Shown piece by piece: positions 35,428 to 50,945 of a stretch of 64,000 nt of DNA (its first letter is position 1; the number at the start of each line of letters is the position of its first letter). The notes under the pieces were generated by a model, which was given only the letters and a program-made list of their open reading frames with translations, had not been told where the DNA came from and did not search any database. Origin of the DNA: Eledone cirrhosa. Its lineage: Eukaryota. Made by a program: the position numbers and the translations under genes. Location: NCBI GenBank assembly GCA_964016885.1, contig OZ024743.1:314650001-314714000 (forward strand). The letters run 5' to 3'.

Positions 35428-35492
<65 letters not shown>

Positions 35493-35649
35493 TTATATAT
35501 ATATATAAATTTATATATATATATATATATATATAAATTTATATATATATATATATATATATATAAATTTATATATATATATATATAAATTTATATATAT
35601 ATATATATATATATAAATTTATATATATATATATATATATATATAAATT

Positions 35650-35742
<93 letters not shown>

Positions 35743-35913
35743 TTATATATATATATATATATATATATAAATTTATATATATATATATATATATATATAA
35801 ATTTATATATATATATATATATATATAAATTTATATATATATATATATAAATTTATATATATATATATATATATATATAAATTTATATATATATATATAT
35901 ATATATATAAATT

Positions 35914-35978
<65 letters not shown>

Positions 35979-36117
35979 TAAACAAGTAAATTATTAACAT
36001 AAACATGTAAGTATGTTTTTTAAACGGTGCGCGAGTTTGAAATTAGAAATTAGAAATTATAAGCTTTCACCGTATTTTACATTCGTAAATTAAACTTGAT
36101 AAAAACTTAATTTACGA

Positions 36118-36492
36118 ATGTTAATTTACGAATGTAAAGTTATAACTGACACCAATTCCTTCACCTATTTTGGCTCCACTCCCACCTCCTTTAAAGCTCG
36201 TCTTTATAATCATCTTTCGTCTTTTAAATATAAACTTAAAAGAACCAACACGGCTCTCTCAGAACTCATATGGTCCTTGAAAGACACAAGTATTAAATAT
36301 AACATCTCTTGGAAAAAGGTTTCCTCTGCTTACTCATACTTGAACAGTTCTCTATCCAAGACTTGCAATCTCTGTCTAAATGAAAAATTTACCATTATAT
36401 CTAATTTAGATTCTATAATAAATAGACGCAGTGACTTGTTTTCTATCTGCTTGCATAAATTTCACAGAACTTTCCATAAAGTATACAGCTAA
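36118..36492 (+). pseudogene. PLE GIY-YIG endonuclease C-terminal fragment
   Basis: LIYECKV..TYFGSTPTSFKARLYNHLSSFK..TALSELIWSLK..CNLCLNEKFTI..INRRSDLFSICLH; followed by a pyrimidine-rich 3' region and an HHR at 37351. Confidence 0.88.
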
Positions 36493-37350
36493 TATCCTAA
36501 ACTTTATCAATTCCGAATCCTCTTCTCAAAGCCACATATATATACATATATACTTCTTTAAAAATATACCCATCTTTCTAGCTTATTTCAAAGTTATTTA
36601 TTATATTCTATATCACTCCTATTCATCACTTCCCTTTTTTATTTTTATTTTCTTTTCTTTTTCTTTTAATTTCTAACCTCTATTCCGTACCTTTTCTCAC
36701 TGTGCCTAACATAGAAACAATTATTACACAATACACTATATTTTTACCTTATATCACGTTCAAAAAATCCTTCGTAAACATAAACATTTTTTTTTTTACG
36801 TTAGGTTATTCATCCTCAATTCATTATTTTTTTCTCACTTTCATCTAACTTATTCATGCTCATCTCACAATATATCCTTACTTACATTACTTCTGTTCTT
36901 TTAATAATACATATCAACATTTTCTTTCCATCGCACATATTATTAAACGCTTATATATTATTCTTAATACATATTAACAATTTCTTTTCATCGCACATAT
37001 TATTAAACCCTTCAATATACAAACCTTAACTTTACATTATTTTTCTCTTGGTTAATTTTCAAATTCTTTTAATTTATACATTATCTTCCAACGGTTTTTC
37101 AACCTCTCTATGTAAAACAATATATTTTTCTCAGTTATAAAAGCTATCTCTCTCTCTCTATCAGCCATCTCTCCTCCTATCTCATGCTTACTCATTATAC
37201 TCCCCCCCCTCCACTTTTTACTCTCATCTCCTCCTCTTTTTCATCCTTTCCAACCCCCCCCCTCACATTTTTTTCCCCAAATATTGATTTAAAACTGATT
37301 TAAAACTGCACTATCCACAAGTGTTTTTAACCTTCATATCATGTCCTCCT

Positions 37351-37410
37351 ATTTTTATCTGATGAAAACACAAATGTTATTGCATGATGATATTTGTTTT
37401 TGAAACTAAT
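37351..37410 (+). ncRNA. Hammerhead motif of the same family as 22332, 3' part lost
   Basis: TTTTAT-CTGATGA-AAACACAAATGTTATTGCATGATGATATTTGTTTTT-GAAAC, then (TA)n; ends the PLE 3' region that starts at 36118. Confidence 0.65.
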
Positions 37411-37925
37411 TAATATTTATATATATATATATAAATATATATAAATATATATATATACAATATATATATATATATATAACTAACCACATTCACTGAACCA
37501 GAACAATTCTCCCATCCCTTTCTCTTGACCATTATCTTTTACTTATCAAAAAATTCTCTAAAAAGGCTACAGAATGGATTTCCAAATAAGGGCACAAAAA
37601 TTTAATGAAAATTTGTTCACGTGACAGCCATAATTTCATTTATAACCAACCAAAAAAAAGCCTTCGTGAGCCTCCTTTTTTCAAGTAAAAAGAAATTCAA
37701 ACACTCACTCATATATGAAAAAACAACCTGTGACAACCCCCCCCCCTCTGATTTGAAGAACTATTGTAACGCGAACTGGCGCGAAATTTATTATAATTAT
37801 TGACAAACCAATCAAATTACTTCTCGAAAAACCTGGCATTACGAGCCACTTTTTCCATATAAAACAAGTAACATTCAGAGACCAACCAGATGTGAGAAAA
37901 ACCACAGACCCTCCATCTCAACTCA

Positions 37926-37963
37926 CCTTTTGAAAAGCAGAAGAACTGCGAAACCGGTAAAGG
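37926..37963 (+). ncRNA. Minimal type I hammerhead, U3-A8 core variant
   Basis: CCTT-TTGAAAA-GCAG(AAGAA)CTGC-GAAA-CCGG-TA-AAGG, followed by AATAAA. Confidence 0.82.
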
Positions 37964-38047
37964 AACCAAATAAATATATATATTTATAAAAAATAAAAAA
38001 TAAAAAAATAAGACTCCAGTTGCATTTTCGATTTCATCTCTTTTTCT

Positions 38048-39842
<1,795 letters not shown>

Positions 39843-40037
39843 TAGATAAATCTACCAAGAGTTTACGGTAGTGTCCAATCCGTATGAAGAACTCAATGTA
39901 ATCCGGATATCATGGAAAGAAGAGATGCAATGAAAAATCACTTTCGGTGAAAGATAACCGGAAAACAGAGTCAAGATAAAATATTAAAAAAATAATGAAT
40001 AAAACAATGAAACAGTTCCTTATATTAAACAAAAAAA

Positions 40038-40245
40038 GTTCATTATTTAACGATCGTTTCTAGGATATATATGTGTTAGAATTGGCATGCATATTCAACA
40101 GATCTATGTACAAAATTATACAAAATTATACAAACTATCAAAATTAAATATACATACCAAACACATACCAAACACATATATATGCATAATATACATAAAT
40201 ATACATACCAAACACATATATATGCCGTCTTCAGAAATAATGAAC
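40038..40245 (-). ncRNA. Type I hammerhead with giant stem II insertion
   Basis: Minus strand: GTTCATTATTT-CTGAAGA-CGGCATATATATGTGTT..(about 130 nt)..AACACATATATATCCTA-GAAA-CGATCG-TT-AAATAATGAAC; perfect 11-bp stem I. Confidence 0.8.
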
Positions 40246-40314
40246 ACACACACAGAAACAAAATGGTGTAGGATAGAAGAAAGAAAAGGCACAGAAACGA
40301 AGAAAGGAATCCCC

Positions 40315-40359
40315 AGTCACTGAAGAGGTCACAGAGTGTGTGACGAAAGGACTATGACT
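40315..40359 (+). ncRNA. Minimal type I hammerhead motif
   Basis: AGTCA-CTGAAGA-G-GTCACA(GAGTG)TGTGAC-GAAA-GGAC-TA-TGACT. Confidence 0.72.
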
Positions 40360-40525
40360 ATATATATAAACAACTATCTGGTTGTGGAACCAACCAACCA
40401 ACCAGAAATTTATAATTTATAAGTTTGTAGATTTGTAAATTTATGATTTATAAATATATAATAAATTGAAGTGAAAGCAACTGGTGCGTGTGTTTCTTAT
40501 TGGCAACATGACCCTCCCAAAGTAT

Positions 40526-41783
<1,258 letters not shown>

Positions 41784-41784
<1 letters not shown>

Positions 41785-42186
41785 ATTAAGTTAAAAGTAT
41801 ACATCCACATATGTATACTGAAATACTAGTATGCATATAAATACACACACGTATACATATGTACATGTACCGAGTTTTTCACTGGACACTTTACTGTGAG
41901 TGTCTAGCCGGAGGATGGGTATATATTGCTGATGAGATGTAATAACATCGAAACTAGTCCAATATTCCTGTCTGGCTCTCTGGAGAATAGAGGAAAGGTG
42001 TTTCCTTGAAAACCCGTATGACTCTAAAACCCGGTTTGTCTGTTTGGTTACATACAGACTAGCTAGACACTCACAGTAAAGTGTCCAGTGAAAAACTCGG
42101 TACATGTACATATGTATACGTGTGTGTATTTATATGCATACTAGTATGTCAGTATACATATGTGGATGTACACTTTTAACTTAATT
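41784..42186. mobile_element. 403-bp element with 125-bp inverted arms around an HHR-containing spacer
   Basis: 41784-41908 vs 42062-42186 reverse complement, with 2 mismatches seen. Confidence 0.85.
41923..41965 (+). ncRNA. Minimal type I hammerhead with a perfect consensus core
   Basis: ATATTG-CTGATGA-GATGT(AATA)ACATC-GAAA-CTAG-TC-CAATAT; GUC cleavage triplet; palindromic ACTAGT stem III. Confidence 0.92.
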
Positions 42187-42253
42187 GTTTAAGCGTCAGT
42201 CATACAAAAGTGAGTTACAAACGAAACGAAATTTAATTTCGTTTCGTTATTTG

Positions 42254-42309
<56 letters not shown>

Positions 42310-42386
42310 TGTGTGTGAGTGTGTATATACCTACGTATATACTCTTTTACTCTTTTACCTGTTTCAGCCATCCGGCTGAGGCGATG

Positions 42387-45218
42387 CTAGGGCAGCACCA
42401 TTGTTGCTACACATTTTATCTCCAGCCTGCATAGGTTGGCCACTGCTGTAAGTGGGAGTTTGTTGCTTTCTTCCCTTAGGTTTCCCTCCTGCATTGCTCT
42501 GGTCTCATCCGGGATCCAGGATAACGAGGTGTCAAGATGTTTCTTAAAGATCACTGCGTATCTCTCCCGTCTTCGCTCCAAGGAGTAGAGGTTCAGTTCC
42601 TTTAGCTTCTCCAGTAGCTTGTCTCCTTCATCGTAGCAATCCTCTTGGTGTAGCTTTGCTGGAGTGCCTCAAGCTCCGTGGTTAATTTGACACTATGGGG
42701 TGACCACAACTGGGAGCAGTAGTCCCGGCGGCTTAGGACAAATGTCCTTCAAAGTGTCAACATGGTGTCTCGGTCCCTTCTCCGCAAAGTACTGAAGATC
42801 CAGCAAGCGAGTCGTCTGCACATTGTCGCCACTTTCATGATGTATGAGGAAAAAGATGCATCATCGCTCATGTCTATGCCCAGGTCTCGTATCAATTTTG
42901 ACAAGGGGATATCGGTCCCTCCTGGTCCTGTGTAGTTGTGTTGTACTATATTTGTGTTTGCAGGTTTGTTTGGAGGTTTGTATTGTAGGGCTTGGAATTT
43001 GCCAGCATTAAACTGCATGTTGTTTTCTTCCGCCCATTTGTATATGGCTTCCAGATCTTGTTGTAAAAGGGCAGCGTCAGCCGGGTTTTTGATAGCCTGT
43101 GCTACCTTAGTGTCATCAGCATAGCTAGTGAGGGATGTTGTTGTATGTACTACAGAGGGCATGTATGAGAGAGCCAACAAAAGCAGTTGTGGTCCCAGGA
43201 CTGTCCCCTGGTGCACCCCACTTGTTATTGGTGTTTCCTTTGAGAGGGCCCCATTTGCTGCGACTGTCTGGCTTCTGTCCTTTAGGAAGTCATGCAGCCA
43301 CTCACCTACTTTCCAGTTATGCCGAGTCCGTGTAGTTTGTCACATATCATTCCATTGTCGACCTTGTCAAATGCCTTCGCACAGTCAAGATGTATCACGT
43401 CCACATCTGAGCTGTCTACTAGTTGTTTCAGTACCCAGTCGTAGTGATGTAGCAGCTGTGTAAGGCAGCTTCTCCTGGGCGGAAGCCATGTTGCGTGCTA
43501 GTCAGGCCGTCATTTTGCTCGAGGAAAGTGATCAGTTTCTTTCTATCGACTCGCTCCATGACCTTACTGATATGCGACGTCAGGGAGACAGGCCTATAAT
43601 TTGTGGCCTTCGCTCTGCTACCTCCTTTATGGATAGGGCATATTGTGCCTTCTTTCAGCTCCCTGGGTAGTACACCGCTAGCCAAGGAGCTTCTGAAGAG
43701 CATCTTCAGTGGAGTTGCTAAGGCCCGCTTACATTTTTTAAGAGAACTGCTAGGAATCCCTCAGTTCCAGCAGCTGAGTCTCTTCTAATTTCATCTATGG
43801 CGTACACCACATCCTCCTCCCTTATGTCTATGTGGTTGATAGTTGCCATTTCTTCATGTAGTGTTGTGGCATCAAATAACTCCTCTGGCTTCGTTATTTG
43901 CATGAGCCTCAGTGGACATATGAACACACTTTTGTACTGTTCGTTCAGTATTTCACATATCTCTTGGGGGTTTTCGGTTAATTTTCGGTTAATGGAAGAG
44001 TGGCCCAATCTTGCAGTGTACCGAGGCAGTTTCTTTTTCAAATTTAAAGAAGGCCTTAGGGTTTGTTTTGATGTTTTCTATGGCCCTGTTCTCTTTCTTT
44101 GCCCTCTCATTCTCATGGGAAAGCTTGAGTGCAATCTCGGTGCCAAGTAGTGCACATTTCAAATAGGATTCCTTCTTGCTTTTGTTTTCTTGTTGACTAT
44201 TCAACTGGTTTGAGAACTTGGTTCTACATCTCATAAGGATTTTCCTATCTCTGGGAATAAGATTTTTGTGTCTGTTTGTTTTTTTTTCTCCGGGACAAAC
44301 TTTTTGCATATAGTGTGTATCGTTGTCATGAAGTGTTGAAATTGTATGTTAGTCTCTGGTGTGGCAGTGTTTTCACTCCATGTTTGCTTCCGGATTTCTC
44401 TCTTAATCTTTTTCCAGTTAGCCTTGTAGAAGTTAAGGCTGGATAACGTCCCAAAGCTTCTTGGTGGTTTTGTCTCTGTTGGTTCTCTCGGACCACATAT
44501 CATTAGCTCTACTAAGTTATGATCCGAGAGAATTGTTGGTGCCACCTTTACATTGTGGATGAGCATTTCGTTGTTTGTAAAACAGAGGTCCAGGACATTT
44601 TCGCCTCTTGTTGGGAGGAGTATTGCTTGCTCCATGAACAGCCTGTATGTGAGGGCCAGCAGGGATTCCGTCTGTCTCTGTTCTATTGACGTCATTCCAG
44701 GGAGGTAGGTTGAAGTCTCCCAACAGTAGAATGTTGAGACCCTGGTCCAGTTTGTCAAGGAGCTCTTCTATCCTACTTAGGCTAATCTCAAATTTACCCT
44801 CATGACTGGGGGCATCGGGCGGCCGATATGTGACACATATTACTGTCTGTAGTTGTTTCATATGTACTATCAGTGTGTCACAGACTGAGTTTGAATGTGT
44901 CAACAGTACAATTGGTGTGACATCTTCACGGATATATAGAGCAACCCCACCGTGAGTTCTCTCCTTCCTGTCCGAACGAAATACAGTATATTTTGGTATA
45001 TGTATTTCTGTATCTGCTATAATGCTTATCAGGTGCGTTTCGGTTAGTGCCATGCATAATGCTTGATTGCTTATGGCTAAGTCTCCCAGGTAGGACATTT
45101 TACTCATGTTACTGAGATTCACCAGGCCTCTGACATTCAGCAGCAGCACTGGTGTGACTTTTGGGGTGCCAGTAATGGCTGTCGGTATGACACCTGGTCT
45201 GGCGTCAGCGGCGGCCAC
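42387..45218 (-). pseudogene. LINE ORF2 (APE + reverse transcriptase) broken by several frameshifts and an internal 3' deletion
   Basis: ORF pieces 44517-45218, 44231-44758, 43989-44309, 43718-44041, 43428-43703, 42749-43216 and 42387-42581 are collinear parts of one EN-RT protein. Confidence 0.9.
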
Positions 45219-46009
45219 TCTGGGTCCCTTAGCTGTGGTGGTCTCGAGTGCTGGTGTGGGTGAACCTGGCTCTGGAAACGATGCAGCCAGATCAGCTGTC
45301 CCAAAATCTTCTCCGCCATCACTAAAAAATGTTTCTGCTCTGCTGCTGCCATCTGTATTTCGTCGGCATGTGCGTGCCTTCTCCTTGTTGGTGCGGCACG
45401 CGCGGCATCAGCATACTTCTGGAGCGGCTTATTTCGGCTTTGGCTGGGGCATGTAGCGCGAGTAGGATGGGCATAGTTCGTTTGAGACCTGGGGTGGGCG
45501 AATCTGCATCCCATCCCTGACTCTCCATGCCAGCAGGTTCTGTTCTTGAAAAACTTGCACATTATTTGGGTTTTTTTGCTCCCAGTGTCTTGGTGCTTTC
45601 TGTTCTTCCTTAGAACAGTTGTCCACTGGTCCCTCTGCGCTTGGTTCTCCTTCGGAAGGTGATTTCGCTTTTCACCTTTACCTTTTGCTTGTTGGTTGCC
45701 CGGCCTGCCCTCCCTGATTGTGGCAGAGAGTATCTCCTCTCCCTTCTCTTCGGTTTTCTCCTCCCCGAGGACACGGCTTAGCATCGCCATATGTGGCACT
45801 ATGAGGACATACGCCTTCTCAATTTCTTTTCTCTTTCTCTCTATCTGTGCCAGGGTCCTCAGAAACCCATGGCTTTTCAGGTTCTCCGCCATCATTTTGT
45901 TTGGTGGAGACCCATCAGCCATGGTCCACCCCTTGATCAAAACCGCTAGTTCCATCTTTGACCAGTTTCGCTGACTCCTAATTTCACCTTTTTCCTGTAT
46001 GCAGTCCAT
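45137..46009 (-). CDS. LINE ORF1 (about 290 aa, open) with Myb/SANT trihelix-like N-terminus and CCCH zinc finger
   Basis: ATG at 46009 (MDCIQEKG); NWSKMELAVLI...MAENLKSHGFLRTLAQIERKRKEIEKAY; CKFFKNRTCWHGESGMGCRFAH; lies directly upstream of, and overlaps, the APE frame. Confidence 0.7.
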   Translation of the reverse strand: MDCIQEKGEIRSQRNWSKMELAVLIKGWTMADGSPPNKMMAENLKSHGFLRTLAQIERKRKEIEKAYVLIVPHMAMLSRVLGEEKTEEKGEEILSATIREGRPGNQQAKGKGEKRNHLPKENQAQRDQWTTVLRKNRKHQDTGSKKTQIMCKFFKNRTCWHGESGMGCRFAHPRSQTNYAHPTRATCPSQSRNKPLQKYADAARAAPTRRRHAHADEIQMAAAEQKHFLVMAEKILGQLIWLHRFQSQVHPHQHSRPPQLRDPEWPPLTPDQVSYRQPLLAPQKSHQCCC

Positions 46010-46056
46010 TTCGCTGTGGAGGGGAGAAAGAGAGATAGTGGGAAGTGTAAGGTAGA

Positions 46057-46256
46057 NNNNNNNNNNNNNNNNNNNNNNNNNNNNNNNNNNNNNNNNNNNN
46101 NNNNNNNNNNNNNNNNNNNNNNNNNNNNNNNNNNNNNNNNNNNNNNNNNNNNNNNNNNNNNNNNNNNNNNNNNNNNNNNNNNNNNNNNNNNNNNNNNNNN
46201 NNNNNNNNNNNNNNNNNNNNNNNNNNNNNNNNNNNNNNNNNNNNNNNNNNNNNNNN
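46057..46256. other. Assembly gap (200 N)
   Basis: Run of N. Confidence 1.
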
Positions 46257-47160
46257 GTTGTTTGTTCTATGTGCGTGTGTGTTTTCATTTTGTCCTTAAT
46301 TGTAAGTTGTGATGTTGCTGTTCCACTCATGTTTTCTATTTAATTTTGGTTGTAATTCTTTTATGTTTATTGCCTCTGTGATTTGTCTAATGATTGCGTC
46401 TTTTCTGTGTGTAGATTCTATTTTTATTTCTATGTTCTCTAATTTATCCTTATGTTCTATTTTAGCATGTTGGTAGAGTACAGATGATTCTTTACTATCT
46501 TAAATGTCTCGCCAGTGTTCATTTATCCGTTCCCCTATACTACGATCTGTCTCACCTATGTACACATATTTTTATCTCTACATTGTCCTTCAGTACATCT
46601 TATGCTATATACTACATTTCTAGTTTTACAGTTAATATGGGTGATTAATTCATAGGTTATACATTTCTTATCTATAGAGGGGGTCTTTGAAAAGGGTATG
46701 TCTTGCAAATAAGTGTTTTTATGGAGGTACCTGGTCTTTCTACTATCTCAATATTGAGTTCATGTTTATCTAGGGCCCTTCTAAATTTGTAAGCTAATTC
46801 ACCTCTAGGGGTTGTATCAATGAACATTACACTCTGGTATTTATTGCTATCATACCATGAGATATTATATTAGCCTTATTCCTAGTTCTTTCTATTCTAT
46901 TCCAAAATTTGCTCCTATACAAGGTGCAGGTCCCATTTGTGTCATTATTTACCATTTTTTCCCATTTGGTTCTGGCTCCTCTATACACTCTGATTTTATC
47001 TCTCTGATTGTAACCAGAGAACTGCATACGGTGGATGAAGTGTTGTATGTGTCTCTCTAGTTCTTCGGGGTTGCACATGCGGGACACGTTTCTCATCACC
47101 CGTACTAAATCCGCAATCAGTATGTTGATTTTGGTATGGTCCGAGACAGCTCCCAAAGTA
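46257..47160 (-). mobile_element. Penelope-like element remnant of a different family (RT thumb + GIY-YIG)
   Basis: RMQFSGY, LYRSKFWNRIER, FIDTTPRGELA, CKTRNVVYSIRC, VYIGETDRSIGERINEH, IRQITEAINI, PKLNRKHEW read on the minus strand. Confidence 0.85.
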
Positions 47161-47222
47161 TAACAATATCGGTTTCACATACGTTTCCAGATAAAGAAAC
47201 TTGCTAAACAAATTCAGAAACG

Positions 47223-47301
<79 letters not shown>

Positions 47302-47653
47302 TATATTTATATATATATATATATATATTATTTATATTTATATATATATATATATATATTATTTATATATATATATATATATTATTTATATATATACATA
47401 TATTAATTATATATATATATATATACATATATAATTTATATATATATATACATATATTATTTATATATATACATATATTAATTATATATATATATATATA
47501 CATATATAATTTATATATATATATACATATATTATTTATATATATATATATATTATTTATATATATATATACATATATTATTTATATATATATATATATA
47601 TATTATTTATATATATATATATTATATAAATATATATATTATATATATATTTA

Positions 47654-47785
<132 letters not shown>

Positions 47786-47863
47786 TATATATATATATAT
47801 ATATATTATATAAATATATATATTGTATATATATATATATATATATTATATAAATATATATAT

Positions 47864-47939
<76 letters not shown>

Positions 47940-47967
47940 ATTATATATATATATATTATATAATAAA

Positions 47968-48010
47968 TTATTTCTGAAGACAGCATATATATGTGTAGGT
48001 ATGTATATTC
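47968..48010 (+). ncRNA. 5' half of a giant-stem-II family hammerhead
   Basis: TTATTT-CTGAAGA-CAGCATATATATGTGTAGGTATGTATATT matches the 40245 copy; no GAAA half found; lies just upstream of the PLE at 48280. Confidence 0.55.
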
Positions 48011-48238
48011 CCTCTGATAGTTTGTATATATATGTGTAGGTATGTATATTCCCTCTGATAATGTGTATATATATTTTTTGCATATACATTATATACATTA
48101 TATTTATATATATTATATTCATATGTATATATATTATTTATATAAACATTATATACATCATATATATATATTATACATATGTGTATTTATATTCTTTATA
48201 TATACATTATTTACATTATATATCTACGTATAAATATG

Positions 48239-48279
<41 letters not shown>

Positions 48280-48280
<1 letters not shown>

Positions 48281-49930
48281 TCCTCTATAACATTAATGAC
48301 TCATTTCCCCACCACAAAGGAGGTCTTTATCGGGATGATTGTCTATTGTTATCTTACAATCTTAGCAATTCCAATATAGAGAAGAACAAAAAGCAAATTA
48401 GAAAATTCCTGAAGGACTATTACAGCCTTAACATTACTTTTGAAAACATTTCAAAATTAGCTAATTTCCTTCATGTCACCTTAGATACCTCTACGAATAC
48501 TTATCAACCCTACCACAAACCTAACCAGAATCTACATTATGTACATTCACGATCTAACCACCCAGGCTCTATACTCAAGGACTTAGTATATAACATTTCT
48601 CTTAGACTTTCTAAATTATCTTCCAATGAAGATATATTTTAAAATAATGCACCCTTCTACAACGAGGCCTTAACTAGAAGTGGATATAAAGAAAAAAATC
48701 TAATATATCTACAACACTACTATGGAGCAAAACATAAAACCTAACAAAAACTACAAACACCAAAAAATACCATTGAAACGAATAACTAAAGTGGTTATTC
48801 CTATTACACCAAATAACCGAAAAACCACAACCACTATTACTACACGATCTATGACCAATTTTATCAACCCACATGTGAATACCAAGCACTCAAACTCTCA
48901 TATCTACCCCAAAATAACACCAAATACAACCACGATGATTTACCAAATTCCACAAATAAGGACACTAACCATAGGAACTCTTCTACAACACAACACAATA
49001 ATATAAGGGATAATAAAAACTTAACTAAAAACCATAAAAGAAACATAACATCGTACAACGCACCCTTCAACCTGCAAACTATTGGACAAATTCCCCCCAA
49101 AATTCTTTGAAATACTACATAAACATTTTCCACCAAACCACAGATACCACCAAATATTTAACAAATATACTGTTAAATTCTCATACTCTACATCAAACAA
49201 TCTCAAACAAAAAATAAGCAACTACAACATTTATAAACTTAAAAATAATATGACTACACCACCGCAACATAATTTAAATAGGACTGCACCTTTTAAAAAG
49301 ACAAATAAGACAATCCTTCAACCTAGAAAACACAATCACCCAAATCACCAACACAAAAACAACAGATCACAAAATTACAATACAACTCTAGCACCAAACT
49401 ACCCACAAAGCAACCTTCATTATCCTGCTATCATTAATTACAATAGGAATAGCTCAAGGATAAATGAGAATACTATAGACACCCCCCAAAACCATCTTAC
49501 GTATGGCTGTAATTGCAGAAATAGAAGCATTTGCCCCTTAAATGGAAACTGTTTGATTAATAATGTAATATATAAATGCATTGTGTCTACTACAGACTCC
49601 AACAAAACATATAGAATCGACATCAAACACATATAAGAAAAGATTTTTTGCACACTCTAGTAGTTTTAACAATACTAAACTAGCAAACACCACATCTTTA
49701 GCTGAAGCGGTAAATAATTATAAAAAGAAAAAAAATAGATTTTAAGTTATCGTGGAACACCATTCTACAAAAAAATCCATATCTTGGGAACAGGAGGGAA
49801 TGCAGATTATGTTCAGGAGAGATCTTGGAAATTACTAAATCTAAGGACGATTTATTAAATAAAAGACAGGAATTGATCATATTCTGTAATCACCGTATAC
49901 GAAAAACATTTAAAAACTATAAACCTAGTT
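48280..49930 (+). mobile_element. Penelope-like retroelement remnant (RT C-terminus + Cys linker + GIY-YIG endonuclease), 5'-truncated and frameshifted
   Basis: GLYRDDCL, FLHVTLD, YHKPNQNLHYVHSRSNHP, RLSKLSSNEDIF, HKHFPPNHRYHQIFNKYTVKFSYS, CNCRNRSICPLNGNCLINNVIYKC. Confidence 0.88.
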
Positions 49931-50325
49931 AAATACTATAAACCTAATTAAATATTCTAAATAACAACTCACTATAATTCCGTATAGAATAACATTTATT
50001 AGTACCTCTTTCCCCTAATTATATGCTTTCATGCTTATTATTGCCTCTTAATGTTTTAACTTCCTTATATTTATGCGTTAATGGTTAAAGGCAACAAGAT
50101 ACACAGCCACTCGTAATTGCATGAGTAAAGATAAACATCTATGTATGATATGCAAATATATTTATGTGTATATATATATATATATATATATGGATAGTAA
50201 TATATATATATATATATAGGATAGTAATTAATGACTATCTTTCACTATTTATGGTTTGTGTATATATAATATATTACCATTAAAGGTTTTATTGCATACA
50301 TAGCCATAAATAGTACCCTTAATAC

Positions 50326-50358
<33 letters not shown>

Positions 50359-50596
50359 GTGTTTGTGTATTTATATATGTGTATATATGTATATGTTTGT
50401 GTATGTAAGTGTGTATGTGTATATATGTATGTGGATATGTATATGTATATACATATATACATATACATACATATATGTATATGTATATACATATATACAT
50501 ATACATACATATACACATACATTCATACACATACACACTTACATACACAGACATATACATATATACACATGTATCTGTATGTATGATGTGTATATG

Positions 50597-50663
<67 letters not shown>

Positions 50664-50898
50664 ATATATATATATATATAGTATTAATTAATTATTAATT
50701 ATACTATTTATGGTTATGTAAATACAAAAACCATATGCAGTTATATGTATTTTTTATACAAACCCTAAATTGTGGTAGGCAGTAATGTATTACTACCTTA
50801 TTACCAGTAAGTTAAGTAGCTCAATGTAAAAACATCAGATGATTTACAGAGCAGTTATATGAAATATAAGAATCAAAGAGCTGTTCAAAACATTATTG

Positions 50899-50945
50899 TG
50901 CTTACAGCTGTTTCCTCCAAACCGAGGTTTGGATTCTTCGGAGCA
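50899..50945 (-). ncRNA. Type I hammerhead with a U4C change
   Basis: Minus strand: TGCT-CCGAAGA-ATCCAAACCTCGGTTTGGAG-GAAA-CAGCTG-TA-AGCA. Confidence 0.7.

Larger units (their letters stand above)
42340..46056 (-). mobile_element. Near full-length CR1-group LINE (ORF1 + APE endonuclease/RT ORF2), frameshifted; 5' end runs into the N gap
   Basis: APE motifs LLNVRGL, LTETHL, GGVALYIR, YRPPD, LLGDFN, LDLCFTN, SDH; RT motifs PIHKGG..NYRPVSLTSHISKVMER, QHGFRPG, QGTVLGP, YADDTK; 3' tail of GTAAAAGA repeats next to (TA)n. Confidence 0.93.

Noticed and set aside
46010-46330. ORF1 extension across the N gap (397 aa in the ORF track)
   Set aside because: Artefact of reading through Ns; sequence beyond the gap belongs to a PLE
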